Shown here: in pieces, positions 48,658 through 61,139 of the stretch
Position numbering within the stretch: position 1 is the first letter of the stretch
Layout: every line of letters begins with the position of its first letter
Assembly (NCBI GenBank): GCA_002269645.1
Contig: NIVC01002900.1
Span: 1-64,000 of the forward strand
Source of the DNA: Macrostomum lignano
Taxonomy: Eukaryota
Length of the DNA stretch: 64,000 nucleotides
Direction: 5' to 3'
The notes under the pieces: generated by a model
The model's database searches: none
What the model was told of the DNA's origin: nothing
The model's input: only the letters and a program-made list of their open reading frames with translations
Program-made: the position numbers and the translations under genes

Positions 48658-48949
48658 GTGAGGAAGCTGCGGCTTGGCTGAAGGACAGTCAGCATTAGGC
48701 ACAGATGGAGACAGGGAGGCTGGATTGGTGGGCGGAGCCTGGTTGCTGGAGGGCAGCACTGATAAACATGGCGAGTTACCTAATCTGGTGTATAAGGCAC
48801 ACAGAAAGGACTTGAACTATTATAGGGGTGATTTGGGCAGTAAGATATCGATATGCTAAAATAGATGGGGTTTGTGAGGCAGAAAGATGAGGTAGACAGG
48901 GAGGGAGAAGGTGAGATAGTGTCGTGGTGAGGTGGCCAGAAGATGATCA

Positions 48950-49450
48950 GGTAGGTAGACAGGAGATAGTGAGGTAGGCAGGAGATGGTGAGGTAGGCAG
49001 GAGATGGTGAGGTAGGCAGGAGATGGTGAGGTAGGCAGGAGATAGTGAGGTAGACAGAAGATAGTGAAGTAGGCAGGAGATGGTGAGGTAGGCAGGAGAT
49101 GGTGAGGTAGACAGGAGATAGTGAGGTAGGCAGGAGATGGTGAGGTAGACAGGAGATAGTGAGGTAGGCAGGAGATGGTGAGGTAGGCAGGAGATAGTGA
49201 GGTAGACAGGAGATGGTGAGGTAGACAGGAGATAGTGAGGTAGGCAGGAGATGGTGAGGTAGGCAGGAGATAGTGAGGTAGGCAGGAGATGGTGAGGTAG
49301 GCAGGAGATAGTGAGGTAGACAGAAGATAGTGAAGTAGGCAGGAGATGGTGAGGTAGGCAGGAGATGGTGAGGTAGACAGGAGATGGTGAGGTAGGCAGG
49401 AGATGGTGAGGTAGGCAGGAGATGGTGAGGTAGGCAGGAGATGGTGAGGG
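48950..49450. repeat. 19-bp minisatellite in APEX1 intron 2
   Basis: gtgaggtaggcaggagatg units. Confidence 0.92.
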
Positions 49451-49481
49451 ACTCAAATGATAAATTGGCAACTCCCCGCAG

Positions 49482-49747
49482 GCTTCACCAAGGAGGAGCG
49501 GGACAGCTTCTCGTCCATGCTGAGCTCCCTCGACCTGGTGGACACGTTCCGGCAGGTGCACCCGGACCAGACCAAGGCGTACACCTTCTGGTCCTACATG
49601 CGCAACGCCAGGGCGCAGAACATCGGCTGGCGGCTGGACTACTTCCTGGTGTCCAAGCGGCTGGCCGGCCGAGTCTGTGACAGCCTCATCCGGTCAAGCG
49701 TGATGGGCAGCGACCACTGCCCCATTGTGCTGCTGCTGAGCCTGTGA
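49482..49747 (+). CDS. APEX1: AP endonuclease 1, exon 3 (spliced protein 337 aa)
   Basis: GFTKEER, YTFWSY, GWRLDYFLVS, GSDHCPI; AATAAA at 49971. Confidence 0.95.
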
Positions 49748-50139
49748 CCTGCCGGGAACTGCTGGCTGCCCAGCAATGCATTTCACTTAATTTACTGCTA
49801 ATCAGTTGTAGCTTTTTTCGAGCTTGTAGCGTCGAAACTTCTATTGTTATTATTGTATGTGCTTTTAAACTTGACTCTCCGCATAGCAACTAACAATTCG
49901 AGTTCCGGTCTATTTTTATAACCATTTTCTCTTCATTTTCTAGTTTAAGTTCTCTGGTTGTTTTTACAAGAATAAATAATTAAAAAACCGGAAATTCCTT
50001 CGGCTTGGCGCCGCCGCTTGTTGTGCCAATTTCTGTACTTTTGGCCTTCTATTTCTCATCTGCTGAATCATATTTAAGCACTAATATTCAAATTTACAAC
50101 ACCGCAGCTCTGGAACTCGATTTCCCAATCCCACTTCAG

Positions 50140-51342
50140 CCGGCCGCCGTCTCCGCAGTTTTCTGGCGGCGCAGCCGCGCCCTCTTGGCGATTGGCGCCA
50201 GCTGCCGGTTGGCGCCACCGTCTGCCGCCGCCCACGTGCGGTCCGGCCGGCACTTGGAGCACGTGCTCTACCCCGCCCGCCTGCGGCCAAAGCGGCCCCA
50301 GCAGGCCGCGGAGAAGCGGCAGCAGCAGCAGCGGCTCCCGAGCGCGCAGTCGTCGCTGGTGACTCGCGAGGATCTGGAGGCCGCCTGGAATTGGCAGGCC
50401 GAAGGCACCGACCCGGCTGCTGCCGCCAGCCTCATCCTCAGCGTCGACTGTCGCGCCATGAGCTCCGAGGACCTCGCGCTCAGCCTCCGCGCCATCGCAG
50501 CGCCATACCATGCGCGCCACCTTGGGGCCGGCGGCGAGACTGCGCTAGCGGCACTGCGCGCCGATCCCCGCCTGACGCTGCTCGAGTGCGCGGCCGCGGC
50601 GCGCGCGGGCCACCTCGGCCCGGCGCAGCTGTGCCACCTCGTTCGAGACCTCTGCGTTGCGCTGCGCTCCGACCCGCGCGTCACCGCCGCGCCGCTGATG
50701 CTGCTCAACTCCGCCGTGAACGACCTGCCCCTGGCACGCTTGCTGGAGACGCTGTGGCGCCTGACGCAGGCGACCGCGCCGCCGCCTGGCCCTGAGCCCG
50801 CGCTGCTTCGGCGCCAAGCTCTGGTGCATCTTCGTGCGCGCCTGTTTGAGCTGGAGGCGCCGGCGCCAGATTGCGCGGCTGCAGCTCGAGCGGCGCTTCT
50901 CTTCCCCGGCGAAGGCGAACTGGAGCCGTACCAGACGGCGCGCCTTTTGTCCGCGGCCCGGCGTGGCGCCGCTCGCGCCTCCGCTCTGGACCCCGCGCTG
51001 GTTGGCGACGCGGCTCTGGGCTGGCGGCCCCTCCTGGCCTGGTCGCTGCCGCCGGCGTGCCGACACCTGAGCGAGTGCGCCGAGGGCATGTTCGAGCTGG
51101 GCGCCGAAGACCTGGACGGCCTGCTGAACTCTCAGGAGGCCCTGCTGGCCGCCCTGACTCAGCCGGTGCCGCCGGACGAGTCCGCGACCGAGGCCGCCGC
51201 GGTGGCCGGCGGGTTGCGCGACTTCTGCGAGCTGGGGCCGCGCGTCCTTGAACGGCTGCCCTCGGCCGCCCGGCCGGACGACTTGGCAACCAAATTTCAC
51301 TCTGACCGGCGGCGCCTCCTACCGCTGGCCATCGCTGACTAG
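50140..51342 (+). CDS. Unknown alanine/leucine-rich helical protein with a transit-peptide-like N-terminus and no genomic ATG
   Basis: GC-rich 400-codon frame starting in phase 0 after acceptor ttcag|; AATAAA at 51409. Confidence 0.7.
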   Translation, partial: PAAVSAVFWRRSRALLAIGASCRLAPPSAAAHVRSGRHLEHVLYPARLRPKRPQQAAEKRQQQQRLPSAQSSLVTREDLEAAWNWQAEGTDPAAAASLILSVDCRAMSSEDLALSLRAIAAPYHARHLGAGGETALAALRADPRLTLLECAAAARAGHLGPAQLCHLVRDLCVALRSDPRVTAAPLMLLNSAVNDLPLARLLETLWRLTQATAPPPGPEPALLRRQALVHLRARLFELEAPAPDCAAAARAALLFPGEGELEPYQTARLLSAARRGAARASALDPALVGDAALGWRPLLAWSLPPACRHLSECAEGMFELGAEDLDGLLNSQEALLAALTQPVPPDESATEAAAVAGGLRDFCELGPRVLERLPSAARPDDLATKFHSDRRRLLPLAIAD

Positions 51343-51514
51343 CCAGCCTGCCACTGGCCGCTGCAATGGCGTACTGTCCCACAGCATTTTCTTGTGTTAT
51401 TGAACCGTAATAAAATATAGCAAACAGAAATAGCGCTTAGATGCGCTAAGATGTACAAAATATTTCATGGCGAATCGTTACTTCCTGTTTCTTTATTGTC
51501 CTTGGGTTGGGTTG

Positions 51515-52042
51515 TAGATCTTCAGGCTGGATTATCGCCTCCTAGATCTTCAGGCTGGATTATCGCCCTAGATCTTCAGGCTGGATTATCGCCTCCTAGA
51601 TCTTCAGGCTGGATTATCGCCCCCTAGATTTTCAGGCTGGATTATCGCCTCCTAGATCTTCAATCTGGATTATCGCCCCCTAGATTTTCAGGCTGGATTA
51701 TCGCCCCCTAGATCTTCAGGCTGGATTATCGCCTCCTAGATCTTCAGGCTGGATTATCGCCTCCTAGATCTTCAGGCTGGATTATCGCCCCCTAGATCTT
51801 CAGTCTGGATTATCGCCCTAGATCTTCAGGCTGGATTATCGCCCCTTAGATCTTCAGGCTGGATTATCGCCCTAGATCTTCAGTCTGGATTATCGTCCTA
51901 GATCTTCAGTCTGGATTATCGCCCTAGATCTTCAGGCTGGATTATCGCCCCTTAGATCTTCAGGCTGGATTATCGCCCTAGATCTTCAGTCTGGATTATC
52001 GTCCTAGATCTTCAGTCTGGATTATCGCCCTAGATCTTCAGG
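51515..52042. repeat. 26-29-bp minisatellite (ctagatcttcaggctggattatcgcc)
   Basis: About 19 tandem copies. Confidence 0.92.
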
Positions 52043-52218
52043 CCGGCCATTGTCAGCTTACCAGAGCCTCACACTGACCCATGCATGTAGTGGCCGTATA
52101 ACCTGCTCAGGGGAGTCGGCGGAACGGGCAGTAATTGTAATAAAAAAGATAGACCCTCGCATTTCGTCTCACCTCGCACTGCCAGGTGCCCTTTCATGCG
52201 TCCCTGTTTCAGCCCAGA

Positions 52219-52893
52219 ATGTCAGCCGAAGTCCCAGAGCCGCAGCAGCAGCAGCCTCCGGAACAGCCCGGCAGCCAGCAGGGATTCTCCCTGGCCGAGC
52301 TGACCGCCAGCTTCAACCGCTGCCGCGCCCAGCCCGGCCTCGGCCTCGCCGCCTATGCCGACGGCTACGACCAGCTGCTGCACTTCCTGCGCAGCCTCAA
52401 CAAGGCCTTCTACTTCGTGGTGCAGGACGTGGACTCGAAGCTGCGCATCCTGCGCTCCCATATCGTCGGCCCGGAGGCCGCCAGCTTCTCCAGCATCGCC
52501 GGCATGCTGCAGTTCGAATCGGCCGGCGGCTTCGCTGGCAAGGAGAACGGCTCCCGCACTCTGCTGCGGCTGCACCGGGCGCTGCTCTTCCTTGTGCTGC
52601 TGCTGGACCGGCTGGTCAGCGCGCCAGCTGACAAGTCCATCTCCAGCATCGCCGGCGAGTCCTACAACGAGTCGCTGGCCAATCACCATCCCTGGGCGGT
52701 GCGCAAGGCGGTCGGGCTGGCGCTTTACCTGCTGCCATCGCGTGAGACCCTGCTGGCCAACATGGCGCAGCAGAACGCCTGCGATGCTGCCGGGGTGCGC
52801 CAGCTGGTGACCGAGGCCGTGCCCTGTCTGAAGGATGTCTACGACCAGACCCAGCGACTGTACAGCGAAGCCAAAGCTCTGGAGCTGCCTTGA
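52219..52893 (+). CDS. CPTP: Ceramide-1-phosphate transfer protein (GLTP fold), single exon
   Basis: DVDSKLRIL, NGSRTLLRLHRAL, HHPWAVRKAV; acceptor tttcag 6 nt before the ATG. Confidence 0.88.
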   Translation: MSAEVPEPQQQQPPEQPGSQQGFSLAELTASFNRCRAQPGLGLAAYADGYDQLLHFLRSLNKAFYFVVQDVDSKLRILRSHIVGPEAASFSSIAGMLQFESAGGFAGKENGSRTLLRLHRALLFLVLLLDRLVSAPADKSISSIAGESYNESLANHHPWAVRKAVGLALYLLPSRETLLANMAQQNACDAAGVRQLVTEAVPCLKDVYDQTQRLYSEAKALELP

Positions 52894-52959
52894 ACTGCAT
52901 TGCTGTAGTCTAATAGCTGCTCTTCATGCTTTCATAGACTCTGAACTAAGCAAACTGCT

Positions 52960-53464
52960 TCTAAGCACACTGTCGCTGAAGCATTAGCCTGAAGCATACT
53001 GCTTCTGAAGCTTAGCCCCTGAAGCACACTGTCCCGAAGCATTAGCCTGAAGCACACTGTCGCTGAAGCATTAGCCTGAAGCATACACTGTTCCTGAATC
53101 ATTAGCCCTGAAGCATACACTGTTCCTGAATCATTAGCCCTGAAGCATACACTGTTCCTGAATCATTAGCCCTGAAGCATACACTGTTCCTGAATCATTA
53201 GCCCTGAAGCATACACTGTTCCTGAATCATTAGCCCTGAAGCATACACTGTTCCTGAATCATTAGCCCTGAAGCATACACTGTTCCTGAATCATTAGCCC
53301 TGAAGCATACACTGTTCCTGAATCATTAGCCCTGAAGCATACACTTCCTGAATCATTAGCCCTGAAGCATACACTGTTCCTGAATCATTAGCCCTGAAGC
53401 ATACACTGTTCCTGAATCATTAGCCCTGAAGCATACACTGTTCCTGAATCATTAGCCCTGAAGC
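52960..53464. repeat. 32-bp minisatellite (gaagcatacactgttcctgaatcattagccct)
   Basis: About 12 near-perfect copies plus degenerate ones. Confidence 0.92.
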
Positions 53465-53996
53465 ACCGAATCCCGCTGTATCCAAAGCAGATGACGGACA
53501 AAAAGTACTATTACAATACTTACTATTTTCATAGACTTACTTAAACTCAGTTTATCATTCTGCTGTTTCTATTAGATATTTATGCATTGATCTGGTCCCA
53601 GTCGGACCGTCCCAAACTTCTTAATTCCCTTCTCTATGCTTTGTCTTTCCTTTAGTTCAGAAGCGGACACTTAATTTAAGCGCTTTGTCTGTTTTGTTAG
53701 TTCATTACGCCAATCTAAAAATAGCCACTGATGTTCTAAAAAAGATTATTTAACGCACTGCTTACTACTGCTGATTTGTTGATGTTATATTAACTTAATA
53801 GTAGAAAAGAGCGCATTGAGATGTGTTCCTGGATTATCCCACCTAGTCAAAAGCGGCGCTACTCCATGCAAATTCTACTATTAAAGTCATTGCCCGTGTG
53901 GACTGTGCGGAATTTGCTCTCAGCTTCTATGCTTAAACAGCTTCTGTGTTCTATTTTCATTGCTCACTTGAGCACTGCTCTAGGCAAAATCCAGAG

Positions 53997-55043
53997 TTGA
54001 GCTCTAGATCTCCTTGGCAGTCAGTTCATGCTGTGCCGCCTGCTCATCCACCCCAAGTTCCCAAATCCGGACTTGAGCTCTAGATCTCCTTGGCAGTCAG
54101 TTCATGCTGTGCCGCCTGCTCATCCACCCCAAGTTCCCAAATCCAGACTTGAGCTCTAGATCTCCTTGGCAGTCAGTTCATGCTGTGCCGCCTGCTCATC
54201 CACCCCAAGTTCCCAAATCCGGACTTGAGCTCTAGATCTCCTTGGCAGTCAGTTCATGCTGTGCCGCCTGCTCATCCACCCCAAGTTCCCAAATCCAGAC
54301 TTGAGCTCTAGATCTCCTTGGCAGTCAGTTCATGCTGTGCCGCCTGCTCACCCACCCCAAGTTCCCAAATCCGGACTTGAGCTCTAGATCTCCTTGGCAG
54401 TCAGTTCATGCTGTGCCGCCTGCTCATCCACCCCAAGTTCCCAAATCCGGACTTGAGCTCTAGATCTCCTTGGCAGTCAGTTCATGCTGTGCCGCCTGCT
54501 CATCCACCCCAAGTTCCCAAATCCAGACTTGAGCTCTAGATCTCCTTGGCAGTCAGTTCATGCTGTGCCGCCTGCTCACCCACCCCAAGTTCCCAAATCC
54601 GGACTTGAGCTCTAGATCTCCTTGGCAGTCAGTTCATGCTGTGCCGCCTGCTCATCCACCCCAAGTTCCAAATCCGGACTTGAGCTCTAGATCTCCTTGG
54701 CAGTCAGTTCATGCTGTGCCGCCTGCTCACCCACCCCAAGTTCCCAAATCCGGACTTGAGCTCTAGATCTCCTTGGCAGTCAGTTCATGCTGTGCCGCCT
54801 GCTCACCCACTCCAAGTTCCCAAATCCGGACTTGAGCTCTAGATCTCCTTGACAGTCAGTTCATGCTGTGCCGCCTGCTCACCCACTCCAAGTTCCCAAA
54901 TCCAGACTTGAGCTCTAGATCTCCTTGGCAGTCAGTTCATGCTGTGCCGCCTGCTCACCCACTCCAAGTTCCCAAATCCAGGCTTGAGCTCTAGATCTCC
55001 TTGGCAGTCAGTTCATGCTGTGCCGCCTGCTCATCCACCCCCA
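53997..55043. repeat. 76-bp minisatellite
   Basis: About 14 near-identical copies with no unique spacers. Confidence 0.95.
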
Positions 55044-55058
55044 ATTTTCCGGCTCAAG

Positions 55059-56723
55059 GCGAGGCCGGTCGCCGATCCCTGGGCGAGCAGCTGCTTCGGC
55101 GAAGACGAGGAGCCGGCGGCGGCGTCAGCGGACTCCGACGAGCTGTATCTGCTGCCCCGTCTGGAGGTCGAGCGGCTCTGCGACTCCCGGCTGGACCCGC
55201 CGCTTGACGCCTCTTCGACTGCGCAGCCGTCGGCGGATTCGGCGACCGCCTCGACTGCGGCGCTGTTGAATCGCCGTCGCAGGCTGGTGCGCGCCGACTC
55301 GCTGATTCTGCGCGATCCGCAGGCACGGCACGCCATCGACATGCTGGCGGCTGTGCGGCGCCTCCGGCCGCTGCAGCGGCGCCAGATGAAGTGGCGTCGG
55401 CAGCGTCTGCAGCAGCAGCGACAGGTGAGTAGCGCGTCGTTTGCGACGGTCTGCGTTGTAGTGTGACATTTGTGTGTCCTTTGTGACATTTATGTGTGAC
55501 TTGTGTGACATTTGTGTGTGCCCTTTGTGACATTTGTGTGTGTGTGCCCTGTGTGACATTGTGTGTGTGTGCCCTGTGTGACATTGTGACATTGTGTGTG
55601 TGACTTGTATGATATTTATGTGTGCCCTGTGTGACATTGTGTGTGTGTGCCCTGTGTGACATTGTGTGTGTGTGCCCTGTGTGACATTGTGACATTGTGT
55701 GTGTGACTTGTATGATATTTATGTGTGCCCTGTGTGACATTGTGTGTGTGTGCCCTGTGTGACATTGTGTGTGTGTGCCCTGTGTGACATTGTGTGTGTG
55801 TGCCCTGTGTGACATTGTGTGTGTGACTTGTGTGACATTTTTGACATCGAGCCCCTGCAAAAAGGTTGGAGACCATCTGTGATTGCGGCGGCGGCCCTGG
55901 CGACAGCTGCCTGAGGATCTGAAGGGCTGTGCAGCATGAGAATCCCAGTCGTATAAAAATCGCGGAAATCCAATATTTTTAGGCCGGACTGGCTGCTGCG
56001 CCGCCCCCCGTCGCCTCCACCGATCTCTTCGGAGGAGGCGGCCCGCCTGCGCGACCTGCTGTCCGTGCCGGCGCACACCGCCGATCCGCGCGTCCCCCTG
56101 CTGCTTGGCGCCACCTCCGCCGAGGACTGTCGGCGCCTCCTGCTGAGCAGCGCGGCCGCCACGGCGCTGCTGGCCGGCTTCGACACCGTCTCGGACGCGG
56201 CGCTGCGCTCGCTGGCTCACGCGCTCGACCTGTTCCTGTCTCAGGTAGCGGCCAGGATTCATGCCAGTTGGGATTCCCGTCAATTGGGATTCCCGTCAAT
56301 TGGGATTCCCGTCAGTTGGGATTCCCGTCAGTTGGGATTCCCGTCAGTTGAAATTCCCGTCAGTTCGGATTCCCGTCAGTTGGGATTCCTGTCAGATCCC
56401 ACCCAGATGGCAGAGTCTCCATTCTCCTATTCAATTTTCTGCAGGTTTGCCAGCGCATCGCCGACCAGCCGAGCGTCAGCGACTATCCAGACGGCCTGCA
56501 CAAGGCGCTGGCCGACTTCGGCATCACGGAGGCCTGGCAGCTGCGCCGCTGCTACGACCGCCTCATCACCGGCGGCCGGCGCCGGGCGCAGGACCGACTG
56601 GCCGCTCTGCTCGCCCAGCTGGCGCCGGCAACGCCTTCCGCCGTTTCGGCTGCTCCGGAGGCGGTAGCAACCGCGGAGGTGAAGGCGGAGCCGGAGGATT
56701 CGGCTGCGGGCCAGGGGCTGTGA
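55059..56723 (+). CDS. SUPT7L: SAGA/STAGA subunit SPT7-like (histone-fold); exons 55059-55424, 55983-56244, 56445-56723
   Basis: LLPR...DPPL, HAID...RRLR, CRRLLL...LAGFD...LRSLAHAL and FGI resemble SUPT7L. An apparent 1-nt frameshift lies near 56005-56010 (C run). No genomic ATG outside the upstream repeat. Confidence 0.72.
55462..55840. repeat. TG-rich ~24-bp intronic minisatellite
   Basis: tgtgtgacattgtgtgtgtgccc units. Confidence 0.88.
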
Positions 56724-56952
56724 GACTCGCTCATCTCGCTGCTGTTGTGTACAGAATTGACCTGAGATCCCCCCAGTTTGCTGTTCATTGCTTTGTTACG
56801 CAATACATTTGTATAAAATATACCGGCTCTGCTGGCGTTAGCCAAACTGCTGCCTGCGTGTGCGGTCCCATAAACTCTGCTGACACTGACGGCTTTCTCG
56901 TTTGTGACGCCATCCTGCCTGCTGTTTCCATCTGTCTGGATGGCAGGCAGAT

Positions 56953-57620
<668 letters not shown>

Positions 57621-57896
57621 GCCCTCTACATGTATATGCCTATTTATTTTCATCCTGTAGTATCGGCCTGCAAAAGTGCCTGCAGGGGGGCGTCAGGAAG
57701 TCCAGATTAGTTAGTGAAGCATTTTGCCCGGTTTGACTATTTTTAAACGCGCAGCCAAATGTGAAGGCGGAGACACTCTGTGATTTAAATCGATTTCAAA
57801 ATGAAAGTTTCTGAAAGGCCTTCGCTGCAGCTGACTGCACTGGCAATCCTGCATTGACCTGCGCCTGCCAGGGTCTACCGGGGAGCTGAGGAGGCC

Positions 57897-59651
57897 TCAG
57901 GCGGGCAGCGCCACGGACTTCAGGGCTTCCCGGATTTTCTGTCCGAGCTGGTCGGCCACGGTCAGGCGGATCTGCTCCCTGACGGCCTCGACCTGCAGTG
58001 CCTTGGACACCAGGTCGCCCACCAGCCCGTTGTTTGTCACCTGGATGGGGCTCAGCCAGGCGTCGAAGTAGTTCAGGCTGATGGCGCCGCCAGGGCTGAG
58101 GTCTGCTTGCAGCGTCACGCGGGCGCGGAAGTCCGCGATGTGGATTTTGACGAACACGAGCGGCTGGCCCAGCAGCTTCACCTGAAATTGCATTGAGGCA
58201 ATTGTGGGGTATTCAGTGTGGCACTCTGGAGGAATTGTGGGGTATTCAGTGTGGCACTTTGGGGGAATTGTGGGTATTCAGTGTGGCGCTCTGGAGGAAT
58301 TGTGGGGTATTCAGTGTGGCGCTCTGGGGGAATTGTGGGGTATTCAGTGTGGCGCTCTGGAGGAATTGTGGGGTATTCAGTGTGGCGCTCTGGGGGAATT
58401 GTGGGGTATTCAGTGTGGCACTCTGGAAGAATTGTGGGGTATTCACTGTGGCACTCTGGGGGAATTGTGGGGTATTCAGTGCGGCACATTGGGGAATTGT
58501 GGGGTATTCAGTGTGGCGCTTTGGGGGAATTGTGGGGTATTCAGTGTGGCACTCTGGAAGAATTGTGGGGTATTCAGTGTGGCGCTCTTGGGGAATTGTG
58601 GGGTATTCAGTGCGGCACATTGGGGAATGGAGACTGTGCGGCACCTGAGCGCACCTGGAAGGCGCCCCGCACGCTGCGGATGTGCACGCAGGTCTTGGCC
58701 TCAGCCAGGCTGCCGCCCAGCGGCTTCAGCTGCAGGCTGCAGCTGCGGCTGACATTGTCCAGGCCGGCCACGTGCAGGTTGACGATCTTGATGAAGCCAG
58801 GGAGGCTGATCTCGGCCGGCAAGTCAACCTCGGCGAGCGCCTTGAACAGGTCGGTGCGCAGGATGTAGTCGGCAGCCAGGTTCACCGCCGCTGTGGCGTC
58901 TTCCGAGGACTGGGAGGCTGCGGGCGCGGTGCAGGGCTGGGCGAGTCGGATGGAACTGGGCGATTCCTTGCCACTGACCCCTGGGTGTACCGATCGCACT
59001 GCCCTGACACTCACTGCCCTGATACTCACTGCCCTGACACTCACTGCCCTGATACTCACTGCCCTGATACTCACTGCCCTGATACTCACTGCCCTGACAC
59101 TCACTGCCCTGACACTCACTGCCCTGACACTCACTGCCCTGATACTCACTGCCCTGACACTCACTGCCCTGACACTCACTGCCCTGACACTCACTGCCCT
59201 GATACTCACTGCCCTGACACTCACTGCCCTGACACTCTGCCCTGACACTCACTGCCCTGACACTCTGCCCTGACACTCACTGCCCTGACACTCTGCCCTG
59301 ACACTCACTGCCCTGACACTCTGCCCTGACACTCACTGCCCTGACACGATCACTGCCCTGACACTCGCTGCCCTGACACTCGCTGCCCTGACACTCTGCC
59401 CTGGCACTCGCTGCCCTGATACTCACTGCCCTGACACTCTGCCCTGATACTCACTGCCCTGACACTCACTGCCCTGACACTCACTGCCCTGACACTCACT
59501 GCCCTGACACTGCTAAAGTTCCTACTCTGCTCTGTCAGCGGGAGTCAGAGCCGGAGCCGAGAGTCAGGCCAGACTCACTGGCAGCCTGCAGCCGCGGTCC
59601 CAGCAGGAGCAGCAGCAGTCCGAAGGCGGCGGCAGTCGGCAGTCGGGGCAT
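57897..59651 (-). CDS. Secreted 227-aa protein, possibly TULIP/Group-7-allergen-like lipid-binding fold; exons 59651-59579, 58980-58655, 58181-57897
   Basis: Signal peptide MPRLPTAAAFGLLLLLLGPRLQA; GT-AG introns give consistent phases; alternating beta pattern with a C-terminal long helix. The fold call is tentative. Confidence 0.7.
58200..58626. repeat. 33-bp intronic minisatellite
   Basis: gggaattgtggggtattcagtgtggcgctctgg units. Confidence 0.92.
58997..59511. repeat. 15-bp intronic minisatellite
   Basis: tcactgccctgacac units. Confidence 0.92.
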
Positions 59652-60321
59652 TTCTGCAATCGCTTGAGCTCGGGAAGGATCAAGTCCAGCTTGTCGGGCG
59701 CTCGCATGGCTGGTTTGGCTAAACAGCTGCACTTTTATGCCGAGCTGCGGGCGTGGGGCCTGCCGGGATTATCGGCGTGAGACCCCGCCAGTCTGCCCAG
59801 GCGGAGGGACCGTCTAGCGCGTGACTCCCTGCATGGCCTGCGCTGAGCTGCGCACCAACCGAGCACGTCGGTGGAAAGTACACGCACTGCATGCAGCCAC
59901 AGCATACACCACCCACATTTTCCCACATAACAACATTTAACACACAAATCTGAAGCCCGACATAACAAGCGCATGTGTACCTTGTAGGTCGGCCTTCAGA
60001 TGCTCATTTCAGCACTGAGTGAAGCTAAACGAAAACTAATCTCTGGTCATTGTGACGGTCTGACAGTCCGGAGAAAACAAGTGCACAGCGCTACTGAGTT
60101 TCTTGTGCACCACTGTGAAGAGTGGCCTGCGTGTAAAGTGAGCATCTCAATTTCGGAAGAAAATTCAATAATTCGTAAAAAATATATTTATCAATGAAAA
60201 TTATTCAATCTTTTTGTTCCTCAAACTGCAGCTCAGCTCCTCAGCCCTCTCAGCCAGCACCTCTTTGAAATACCACTCTCATTCTGTGTCCTCTTGACCG
60301 CACTGACCCACGGTAAAGAAC

Positions 60322-61049
60322 TGACCCATCCTGAGCAACCCTGACCCATCCTCAGCAACCCTGACCCATCCTCAGCAACTCTGACCCATCCTCAACAACC
60401 CTGACCCATCCTCAGCAACTCTGACCCATCCTCAGCAGCCCTGACCCATCCTCAACAACCCTGACCCATCCTCAGCAACCCTGACCCATCCTCAGCAACT
60501 CTGACCCATCCTCAGAAGCCCTGACCCATCCTCAGCAACCCTGACCCATCCTCAGCAACTCTGACCCATCCTCAGCAACTCTGACCCATCCTCAGCAACC
60601 CTGACCCATCCTCAACAACCCTGACCCATCCTCAGCAACTCTGACCCATCCTCAACAACTCTGACCCATCCTCAGCAACCCTGACCCATCCTCAGCAACT
60701 CTGACCCATCCTCAGCAACCCTGACCCATCCTCAACAACCCTGACCCATCCTCAGCAACTCTGACCCATCCTCAGCAACTCTGACCCATCCTCAACAACC
60801 CTGACCCATCCTCAGCAACTCTGACCCATCCTCAGCAGCCCTGACCCATCCTCAGCAGCCCTGACCCATCCTCAGCAACCCTGACCCATCCTCAGCAACC
60901 CTGACCCATCCTCAGCAACTCTGACCCATCCTCAGCAACTCTGACCCATCCTCAGCAGCCCTGACCCATCCTCAGCAGCCCTGACCCATCCTCAGTAACC
61001 CTGACCCATCCTCAGCAGCCCTGACTCATCCTCAGCAACCCTGACCCAT
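60322..61049. repeat. 20-bp minisatellite
   Basis: ctgacccatcctcagcaacc units, about 36 copies. Confidence 0.95.
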
Positions 61050-61139
61050 TTCGACCCTCAGGATCTGGTTGGTCTCATCTTCACCAACCGAAGCAATGCA
61101 AGCAAGGTGAGCGCGCTCAGCAGGGGGGGGGGGTGTCAG

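Noticed and set aside
50074-51382. Several long antisense or alternative-frame ORFs over the GC-rich genes (also at 52.0-52.9 and 61.6-62.3 kb)
   Set aside because: Shadow ORFs expected from very high GC content; no motifs.
53997-55043. 76-bp and other regular arrays as CRISPR
   Set aside because: The units are near-identical end to end, with no unique spacers and no cas genes; the context is eukaryotic.
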